From NCBI RefSeq assembly GCF_006345805.1, contig NC_043006.1, positions 66,092,001-66,156,000 of the forward strand: a DNA stretch of 64,000 bases, written 5' to 3'. Position numbers and translations under genes: made by a program. Every line of letters starts with the position of its first letter. Position 1 is the first letter of the stretch. The notes under the pieces were generated by a model. It was given only the letters and a program-made list of their open reading frames with translations. It did not search any database and was not told the origin of the DNA. Below, piece after piece: positions 53,007 through 64,000 of the stretch. This stretch comes from Octopus sinensis. Lineage: Eukaryota.

Positions 53007-53648
53007 GTGTGTGTGTGTGTCTATCTATCTATCTATGCAAAAGTATATGAAAATTATGTTACATGTGTTAATATGCAGTCTGGGGATCGTGGATAAGGTA
53101 GGGGGTTAGGTGAATTATTTCAAGTGATATACGTTCATGAAATATGCGTGTGTGCGTGTGTGTGCATATATATGTATGCGTATATATATATGTATATATA
53201 ACGTATATATGTATATGTATGCAAACGTATGTATATTTGTATATATTTATATATATGTATATATGTGTATGTATTTGTATATATATATGTTTATATATGT
53301 GTATATGTATGTGCGCATATGTGTATATATGTGTATCTATCTATCTATCTATCTATATATGTGTGCGTGTACATGCATAATTGCATATATATGTGTGTGT
53401 GTGTACATTTATATGTATATATATGTGTGTATGTGTATACCTATCTATTTGTCTATAAATCTCTCTCTCTCTCTCTCTCTCTCGATCTTTCATTTTACGC
53501 ATACACAAAACGAGTTGTACATAGCGATAAAGAAAAAGGAAAAGTAAGCAAAAGAAAAAGATAAAATATATGTAGTGAATGGATTAAACAAAAAACGCAC
53601 CCACACACATGAGCAGGAGAAGCAACGCAGACATACACACACATTATG

Positions 53649-53710
<62 letters not shown>

Positions 53711-54788
53711 GAAGAAGGGAAAAAATGAACAGTTGAAGGAGCAGCGAAAAACTGGAGGAGAGTGGAAGTTATCGTTCTTTAATTACGCTCTTCACACTAT
53801 GAACAATGTGAAACCATAGAAAGCAGCACTTGTTATATGTTTATTTTCCATCAGCAGAATACAGATCCATTGTTCAGTTTTGAATTAAAAAAAAACTTGA
53901 ATAAATAACTACAAGACCAACAGCGATACCTAATTCAAACAACAAACACACACACTCTCTCCCTTTCACTCACACACACGCTAATATACATATATACTCG
54001 CACACACGCACAAATACAAATATATATATAATTATATATGCACACATACATAAATATATACACATATACTTATATACATAGAAGTATATTTACATGTATA
54101 CACACAAATATATGTACACACAAACATATATATACATATATATACATAAACATATATACATATTTACGCGCACACACACATATATATGCACATGATTACG
54201 TGTGTGTGTGTTGGTGTATATGTATATATCTATATACACATATTAGCTATTTATGTATATATACATTTATAGAAATGTATGTAAATATATATATCAACCT
54301 ATATATTAATATTTATATATTAATGCATATACATGACACGACAATTTGTAAAAAAAAATTAATTTTTTTAAAAACATTTCCACCGTAAGGAAATCTTAGA
54401 AAAACATTTGAAGAGAAAATGGTGGAAATTCTGAAGGAGTCTTTTTGTCTGAAAGAAAAATGGATTCAAGTGAGGTTAGCCATATTACAATAGGATAAAA
54501 CTTTGGCATAGCAAGTTTCTCATTCAAAACGAAACTAAAACTTACACATGCACACACATGGTAGAATAAATATAAAAGAATTAAAACAAAACCCAAATGA
54601 ATATGAAATTGCAAGAAGACGCAAGCAATCATAGGAGAAAAACATTCCCCAGCAAAAAACGAAAAAAAAAAAAAATCGAAGGAAAAAAGAAGAAGCGACA
54701 GCAACAAAACAAATGCTTATAACTAAAAGCGCGAGATGCAAAAGGTTGTTTAAAAATGTGATCTGATGATGAGATAATAATAATAATA

Positions 54789-54824
<36 letters not shown>

Positions 54825-55875
54825 TGATGATAATAGTAACAATAACGATAATGATAATAGTAATAATGATGATGATGATTATATTTACAGAAAGGTTGAT
54901 AAAAATCAGTAAATAATAATAATAATAATGGTTTCGAATTTTGCCACAAGGGCAGTCAATTTTTTTTTTGGGGGGGGGACGAGTCGATTATATCGACTCC
55001 AGCGATTCGCTGTTACTTAATTTATCGACCCCGAAAGGATGAAAAGCACAATCGACCGCGGTGGAATTTGAATTCAGAACGTAAAGACGGACGAAATGCC
55101 GCTAAGCATTTCTCCCGGCGCGCTAACGATCCTGACAGCTCGCCGTCTTAATAATAAAAATAATAAAAATAACAATAATCTTTTCTGCTATAGGCACAAG
55201 GCCTGAAATTTTAGGGTAGGTGGCTAGTCGATGACATCCACCCCAGTGATCAACTGGTACTTATTTTATCGACCCCAAATGGATGAAAGGCAAAGTCGAC
55301 GTCGGCGGCATTTGAACTCAGAACGAAATATCGCTAAGCATTTCGCGCGGCGTGCTAAGGTTTTTGCCAGCTCGCAGCTTTAATAATAATAATTACAGTA
55401 AATACAAATGATGCTGCTAACAGCAACAACAACAATAATGGTTTCAAAATTTTGGCATAAGGCCAGCAATTTTGGGGAAGCGGGTGAGTCCCCAGTGTTC
55501 AGCTGGTACTTACTTTATCGACCCCAAATGAGATGAAAGGTAAATAACAACAAAATGATGATGATAATGATTTCATTCAGGAAATATGGTTTGTGATGCT
55601 TACTTTGCTTCGTTTGTTGTTGTAGGGGAAAAGAAAAATCTCAAGAAACTGTATAAATACAATTGTTTCGTTTCGTTTCGTTTCCTTTTTTTCTATCCTT
55701 CATCATTTCTTTCTTTCAGTCTGAACTACCAATCAAAAGATGTAAGGTCTCCCCACCACTTTCTCTTTCAAGCACACACATACACACACACATCACTGCT
55801 TTCTTTCCACGGGAAGAAGATAAAACACGCTCTGTTATTATTTACTCCGATAGCTTATAGTCATTATTTACCGTT

Positions 55876-55915
<40 letters not shown>

Positions 55916-57014
55916 TAATAATAATAAATAACGGTGTTGAAAAGGATGATGATGATGATGATGACTGCGGTTATTGCTTGTTTTTTGGCTTCCTATTTAA
56001 TTTTTTTCTTTTCATTTAAACGAAAGGATTTAGAATTTTCTTATTTTATTTCATACAAAAAAAAATACAAAAAAATAAAATTATATTCTAAAATAAAATA
56101 TCTGCCTCAGTTTCCTTTTACAATCTTTTTTTTCCCTTTTTCGAAATGTTTTCACTTTACTGTTTTCAATTTCGTTTTGTCATTGAAGTCTTCAAAATTT
56201 TTTGACTTTCAGTCACGGCTACGGATACATCCGTTCCATCTCCACCATCCCACATATTCCAAGTATTTATTTATTTATTTATTTAACTCAATTATTACTT
56301 CACTTAACTATTTAGTTTAAGCAATTTTCTATTATTTTTACCACAGCTGGTGTTTTCCGCTTTCGTTTCTGTTTTAATTTTTATTAAATTTTGATATTGC
56401 GTTTTTCCTTTTGAATTTTAATCTCATATATTATTTTCGTATTTTAGCTCTTATTTTCGTATTTTATCATATATATTATTACTTTCGTGTTTTACATTTT
56501 TTATTTATGTACTTTATATATTTCATTTTCGTATTTTATGTTATATCCTATTATTTTTATATTTGTTTCACTATTTTTACGTTTTTGTTTAGCACAAATA
56601 TATTTTAATTACTCATCTGTTGAACGTGATTTCAGGAACAGAGTGGACAATGAAAAATGCAAGTTCAACGTGCCACCACAGTCACACTGTGACATCTCGC
56701 TACTCTATGGTTGATCTACTTCCTTGTAATAACAGCCAAATCTCCCTCAAATCATTCTTTACAATCTTCAAAGAAAGGAAGGATATTTTGGAGACTGTAG
56801 TCTGTTATAAACTATCAGGAGTGTGTGACTGGTCATGGTTTCACTGTCTGAATATAAATCTGTTCGACGAAGGCTGATGGATGGCAAAGCGAGATTCTTA
56901 ACTACACATCTATGTCTGGACCTATAAATTCGACTGCTATTTCTAGCAGATTGTTTGATTATTAATTCTTTACCATTGTTGTTTGATGTTTATATATACA
57001 CACACAGATATATA

Positions 57015-58400
57015 TATTGAAATTTACAGAAAAAACAAAGGACGAAGACAGGTGTATGAATAACAAGCAAGTGTATTTAAGTTTGACACTCGGGAAAGTG
57101 AGAAAGTCTTACGTTGGGAGCCTACGCTGTACAACAGAAAGGAATAAAAGAAAATAAACAGAGAGAGAATAAAAAAAAACTTGTGGATTTTACGGTCAAG
57201 CATGATGACTGGTTAAGGAAAAAAGTTTCACAGTAGAGGTAGAAAGAAGGGGAAATAATAAAGTATTGGTGATTCCCAAACGGAGGTGCGCGTGCGTGTG
57301 TGTGTGCATGTGAGAATGTGTGTTTGTGTGGATAGTGACTTTGACGTCTGTGGATTTGTGCGTCTGTAATGTGTGGGTGTGCAGATAATGGCGTGTGGAG
57401 TAGGTGCTGGGAAGTGGTCAGTGCTGGTGTGGTGGTGTGGGTGCATGGGGGATGTTGGGGTAGGAGTATGGGTAGGGACGTGGGTGTGGTGTGGGTGGAG
57501 GGTATCAATGGAGAGAAGGTGGGTGGGAGTGAAGAGAGGAAATAGGTGTCAGAGGAAGAAAGGTGGGTGGAGTGGAGAGGAAGTAGGTGTCAGCTGAAGA
57601 GGGGAGGGGAGTTGAGCCCATGTGACGCAAAGGAGTGAAGAGAGAAGATTAATTCCTGTTTACGGCGAATGTAGGGGTCTCGGATGCCTCCTGTGCAAAG
57701 ACAATCCGAACGCAGACAGGTGTTGTAGTGAATGACCGATAGAACGGAAATGGCACGAGACCAGAGTGTCATTGCCGAGTGTGATGTCTCGGAGGTGCTC
57801 CGCGAACCGGTCAGCCAAGTGGCGTCCCGTTTGACCGATGTACAGATAAGGACAGAAAGAGTAAGAGATGCAGTAAATGACGTTGCTAGAAGTGCAGGCA
57901 AAGGAGTCTGTGTTATGATAGGGACGATGATGGGTGCCTGTGAGGATGGTGTTGGAGAGGTAGGGTCAAGTGCGGAGCGTTGCGGGAGCAGGGGAATGAG
58001 CCAGGTTGGGAGAATGGGTTAGGGAAGAAACTGTGGACCAGGAGGTCACACAGGTTGTGGGCTCGTTTGAAGGGAGAAGGGACAGGTTGGGGAAGATGTG
58101 CGAGGTGGAGGGGTCGGACTGGAGTCGCCGGAAGGCTCGGAGAATGGTGCACTATAGGGGCAGATTGGAAAGTGATAGGTGAGGGGGAAACGGGAGACGG
58201 GAAATGGCGGGGCGGGGGCGGGAAGAGAGAGAAGAGTCACGGTTCATGGAACGTTTTCTGGCAAGGGCTGTGAGGTTAGTGGTGAGGGGATATCCATAAG
58301 GGATGAAGTGGCGAGCCATGAGTTGAGACTGAGTTTCAAAGTCATGGTTGTCGCTACAGAGCCTGCATAGACGGAGAAATTGGAAGCAGGGGATGGAGAG
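57015..58400 (-). mobile_element. Neptune-type PLE 3' remnant
   Basis: Minus strand PGSFPCSR.. then SFACTSSNVIYCISYSFCPYLYIGQTGRHLADRFAEH and RRKQELIFSLHSFASHGLN, followed by a C-rich UTR and the pseudo-LTR. Confidence 0.85.
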
Positions 58401-58677
58401 TTTAGTGTGGTATTGTTTGAAATTTATGTGTGCACACGTTGAGATAGGGAGCGTTGGTCATTAGTTTAACCTTAGGCACAGTAGGCGCTTCCTTAATGAA
58501 TTCAGATGTTGCAGGGCAAGGAAGCAAATTTTATATACATGTTGTCGGCTAGCTACAAATCAGACCGGTAAATGGGTTGCCAATAATTCCAGGAGTGCGG
58601 TCTATGGTCACAAAAACATGCGGTTTGTGGAAACGCGCGTAGCGATACATTAAAATATTCATAAATTCCATCCATAG

Positions 58678-58715
<38 letters not shown>

Positions 58716-58806
58716 CCTACATTATATCGGCACAGCTCGGTACGATCCCATAAAACTGTTGTTGCATGTTGGAATCACGAGGCCATAGCCGACATAATAA
58801 CATAGG

Positions 58807-58861
<55 letters not shown>

Positions 58862-60684
58862 GGTAAAAAGCTTGTTTCTCAACTACATGGTTCCAGGTTC
58901 AGTCCCACTGCATGGCACCTTGGGCAAGATTATTCTGCTATAGGCTCGGACCGACTAAATCATTGTGAGTGGATATGATAGACGGAAACAGAAAGAAGCC
59001 CGTTGTATATATATATATCTTCAGGTTATCGTTCAGGTAAGTCTTTCGTTAGATCACCTCGCCATTTCATCCCCATAGTTATGTGTCATTTCTAGCAGTT
59101 TAGAGACATAACTAAACCCATAGATATAGAGGCAGACAAAATATAATTACAATCAAAGTACAAAATACATGAAAAAATAAAGAAAGACTTGGGGAAAGCA
59201 GAGCGAAGGTCCCGGATGTATTTTGTATTTGTAACAGTATTGGTTTCGTCTGTAAATTATTGGGAATGTCGCATTATTTTGTGCATGCAATATCGTACTG
59301 AGGGAAATGGCTAGAGAATCTAACAAAGAATTTATTTAAACAATCAGCTTAGAAAGCAAACTTTTCATCTTGGATGTAAGATAATGATTGTCAACGTAGG
59401 TGTAAAAATGTGTCGAAACAATGGTAGTGAACTAAGTACATTCTTTATAAAGAGTGTTAATTCTCTTTTCTTTCATTTGTCTATTTATATAAAATCTACC
59501 GATATTACAGAATTTCTGTTGTCTCTCCAGTGGCAGAAACATTTCCTCTGTTCCATTGTATGATGACATCAGATAGCCAACGACTGTGGATGGGCTTTGC
59601 GTAGCATTCTACAAGGTCATTTACTCAAATTTTACTTAACTCTGTTTGTCTGTAGATACGCACATACACACACATGTATACATATATTTATATATTGTTG
59701 TATGCCTGTATGTATACAAATACATACGAATATATAGACATATCGTATGCGTGCATATAAACAAATACATACGAATATAAACACAGATACACACACATAT
59801 TGTATAGTGCATATATATATATATATATACACACACACGCACGCACACATGGAAACATTCACACATTCCTATGTGTGTGATGCAGTTATACATCTGTATT
59901 TACCATACAACGAAGAAATTTGACATTCCTTTTGAAATAATGTTGTCGGTTCAATCCATATTGACTTCATCTTTCAATGAATGATTGAATGATTCAGTCA
60001 GAGAATGAAAGAAGGGAAGCATCAAAGAGAAAAGGAAGACGAAAGACAAATAAATAAATAAATATATAGGTAAAAAAAAATGAAAAACAAAAAAGGAGTA
60101 AATATAAACGGCAAAAAAAAAAAGCGAGCGATGAAACAAGAGGAAATGAAGGAATATTTGGAAGAATGAGACAAAGAGAGAATGTGCAACATCAAGTGGC
60201 ACCATATTTTACGTAGAGAACCAATGAAAACAGGCATCAAGTCGCAGCATCGTTAAACAAAAGAGAGGTATGTAGTGGTGGTGGTGGTGGTGGTGAGAAG
60301 AAGGACAAATGTGGGGGTGGAAACGCAGAGTTTTGTTCAAGTATGTGTATGCATCTATATATGCAGGGATAGACAAAAGTAGATATACAGAAGGCTTAAT
60401 CAGAGTGGAATGATCTTTCCATTTGTCTGTTTCTTTCTTCAGATAAGAATGAAGAGAATAATCCCATTAATAAGCAACTGTTTACCCCCTGTACTTTTGT
60501 CCACCCCCTCTACATATATACGTACGTATGTAGATAGCTCTGTCTATATCTGTGTGTATTGATGTGCATATCTATGTTCATATATGTAAGTACATATACA
60601 TAGATATACATAAACACACACATATAATCATACATATTAATTCATATATACACACATATATACATGCACACACACACACACACA

Positions 60685-60717
<33 letters not shown>

Positions 60718-60922
60718 CATACACATATATATATTCTTTTATTCGATTCAGCCCAAAGACTGCTGCCACCCTGGGGTAGCGCTGATATAATCACGTTTTT
60801 CAATGGCCGTTCTCTTGAGATTGGCTTTTGGTGAAGGGGGAAGTGTGATATTGCTGTTGTCTTTTGAGCTTCTTGCCATGATGTACATTCATCTGGAATC
60901 TTGGAGACCAGGATGTCAAGTC

Positions 60923-60973
<51 letters not shown>

Positions 60974-61231
60974 TCATGTTGAACCGTTAATCCCTACACA
61001 TTATTTTCTCTCCCCGTTTTTTTCGTTCTCTCCCCATTTTCCCCTCCCAATCCCTTTCTGTCGAAGAGCGAAGGCTCGAAACGTCAAAAACTTTTCCATT
61101 CTTCCTGAGCGTTAAACTAACACCACCTTCTTGTTGTTCCTTTACCTGTCTTCGTCTTCAGCTTTCTGCAAATTTGACTATATATATATATATATATATG
61201 CACATAGATAAATAAATACATACACACATAT

Positions 61232-61680
61232 CTAAGGTACGTTCAAAAAGTATGCGACTTCAGGTTTCCTCGCCAAAATTAATGCCGCGCGGGAAGAATC
61301 CTTTGGATGCGAGGTGAGACCATCCTTCATGCGCATGAAGGAAAATTTTCACATCGGTAAGCCGCGTCAGTTCCCGGCTGTTACGCCTAGAGTACAAACG
61401 TGTAGTGCACGCTCGTCGGATTTTCGTTTGCACACAAGATAGCCAAATGCATCGAGTAGAGACCACAAACCCTTGTTTCATCACAGGTGATGATGGTCTT
61501 CATGAATGTTGGGTCGTGGTTTGCTCAGTCCAACATGTCCTGAGTGATTTCCATGCGAAGTTGCTTTCTCTGCTCTGCTAGTACCCGAGGACGAATTTCG
61601 CCGACACTCTCCGCATGTACAAATCCTCCGTTAAAATTAGATGCACTGATCTTGTGCTTATTCCCACTTCATGAAGAATT
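61232..61680 (-). mobile_element. Internally deleted mariner remnant
   Basis: MRRVSAKF..KQLRMEITQDMLD..FMKTIITCDET, plus TIR-like TACGTTCAAAAAGTATGCGACT at ~61238. Confidence 0.7.
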
Positions 61681-61901
61681 TCCCGGATTGTTATACGACG
61701 GTCTTCCATGGCTATTCGCTAAACCTTCTCAATCTGCTCCTAGGGTTAAACATATACGACAGAAGACAAACACCGCTACTTGTTTCGTGTTTATACGAAC
61801 TAACTTTTCAAATTTTTCTGCGCAATCGCAGTCCTATCGTTGGCTACAATAAAAACCGCCAACTTTAACCGAAAATTATATATGTTTATGTTTAATCCTA
61901 G

Positions 61902-61992
61902 GTTGGACCTCGCCGAAGAAGATCAGACCTTGCGAGTTTCCCCGACTTGCTAAAAGAAGATCAGAAACCAATTTGGTCCGGGGTACTAGATG
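61902..61992 (+). CDS. Candidate internal coding exon (91 nt)
   Basis: Acceptor TTTAATCCTAG, donor ATG|GTAAAT, open frame VGPRRRRSDLASFPDLLKEDQKPIWSGVLD, GC-richer than its flanks. Confidence 0.45.
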
Positions 61993-62259
61993 GTAAATGT
62001 TCTTCATTTCCAAATTTATTCCTGTCGAATTTTATCCGTTATTTTTGTGGTTTATAGAACCTAGCTGTTCTCTCTAATGTGTTGAATCTCACACTAAATG
62101 GATTCCTTATGTGTATAACTATGCACTATATCGTATAACTAATATATAATCTTCTTGACTAATTTTTTTGCACGTTAGACCACTGGAAATGTAAATTTTG
62201 ATTGAATATTTTAAATTTAATTAAATTCCATTTCCCTTTGATATGATTAAACATTATAT

Positions 62260-62291
<32 letters not shown>

Positions 62292-62563
62292 GATATATAT
62301 ATATATACAGACACACACACACATACATATGGATATTCTTACGCTTTAAATGGGCATATACACACATGCATACATTTACATACACGTCTGTAAAGATGCA
62401 GATGCAAACCTATTATACACCTACAAATGTACTTACTTCCATATGTACGTTTAAAATCTCCCATATACACGTATATACACAATCATAGACATGCATAATA
62501 CACACACACAGAGGCATATTTTAGCTGCGCGCGCTCGCACACACACACACACACACAATATAC

Positions 62564-62608
<45 letters not shown>

Positions 62609-62714
62609 AGATGTGGCGAACATATTCTCGCCTAAATTACACAAAAATGAAAATAACACTGCTATCTCTTTTTAACAGATATATTTACCAAAATTGCATT
62701 AAAATATCTTGAAA

Positions 62715-63457
62715 TACTAAAGACTAAATTTATTCAATAAAATCGCCATTGGCTTCAACCACGGCCTCCAGACGATTTCGGAATCTCCTGCAACTCTTCT
62801 AGAAGGGCTCCTTGATTAAGTTGGTGAATGATGTCATAATCCTTACCTTCAGTTCATCTTTGGTGTTACAGGGAGTTTTGTTGGTCTCTCGCTCAACTGC
62901 GTCCCACACATAATAAGGGATTGCAGTCTGAGGAGTTAGGTGGCCAGATGCTGGAGGTGATGTGGTCGCAGACATTGTCTGTCAGCCTTAACTGGGTTCA
63001 CTTGCTTGTGTGGCATGGCGCAGAGTCCTGTTGGCAGACATAGGGTCTTCAAGCAGCCACCTTCTTCACCCAAGGCAGCACTACCTCCTCCAGGCACTTG
63101 ATGTAGGTCTCCATGTTGAGTGTGGGGCCGTGTGGGAAAATGGAGGCAAAACGTCGCCATCTCTAGTGTTCACTCCAAACACCATGATGTTGACTGAATG
63201 TTTGATTTTTATCACTTTCGGTACTGTCCCAAACACTCTGAAATGTTTGTATTGGAGCTTCCGGGGCGAATACCAAGCAGTACATCATGTCGTTTCCAAA
63301 TTTCTGGCAGAGTGAATTGCGTCATGGTGCTGCTTTTCTCACAGACGGTGTCTAACTGACCCTACTATACTGTGTAGTTGATAAAATGAAATCCAAACAA
63401 TGCGCATGCATAAAATTAAGAATATAAATTGGCGACAATTTACCCATCGCACCCTTT
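62715..63457 (-). mobile_element. Tc1/mariner (maT/DD37D-like) remnant
   Basis: IWPPNSSDCNP..WDAVERETNKTPCNTKDELK..RRFRNRLEAVVEANGDFIE, with a terminus AGGGTGCGATGGGTAAATTGTCGCC next to TA. Confidence 0.75.
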
Positions 63458-64000
63458 ATAATATATATATGTACAATTCCATCACTATCGTCATATGGAA
63501 TATAAGCATTATCTTCAACATCTCCCTCCTCCTCCTCCTCAGCCTCCTTTCCTTCCCCTTCTCCTCAACACCGTAGTGTATCTCCGTCATCCTCTTCCTC
63601 ATCAGTATCAACGTAGCCATCATCACTATCAACATTATCATTACCACTACCATCAACGTTACTAGTTATCATCGCCATCACGATCACGATCAACACCGAT
63701 CATCATAATCACTATAATCATCATAGTGAACATCACTATTATCAGTCATCGCCACCATCATCTCCATCATCATCATCATCATCATCACGATATCTATCGT
63801 TACAGTCATTATCATCATCACGAACATTATTATCATCAACCTTCGCCATCAAAATCACTACAATCATCATCATCATCACCATCACTAAGATCAACATCAC
63901 TAGCAACATCCCCCACCCGCCTCCACCACCACTAGACCCGTCGTAAACCATCGTTTAAACAGACAACAGAAGCAAGCACAGGACATGTGCAAATGACGAT

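Overview
AT-rich animal genomic DNA with almost no genes. The SINE families and the very high (TA)n/(CA)n/(TAA)n microsatellite load suggest an octopus or other coleoid cephalopod (inference). Nearly all ORFs in the supplied track are microsatellite read-throughs. The window is a mosaic of tRNA-derived SINEs, Penelope-like retroelement (PLE) remnants with GIY-YIG domains and inverted pseudo-LTRs, R4/Dong, RTE and Tx1 LINE remnants, mariner/maT and hAT elements, and Helitron-like units. No intact gene is visible; there are two or three weak candidate exons. The main hidden signal is a set of type I hammerhead ribozyme motifs from several repeat families: canonical C3-G8 cores, compensatory G3-C8 and U3-A8 cores, U4C and A6U/C variants, and one full-length motif with an extended stem I. 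One PLE family places a tRNA-like Pol III promoter just upstream of its hammerhead, and that module also occurs as an ORF-less palindromic insertion with its own target-site duplication. All folds and translations were done by eye, and element boundaries are approximate.
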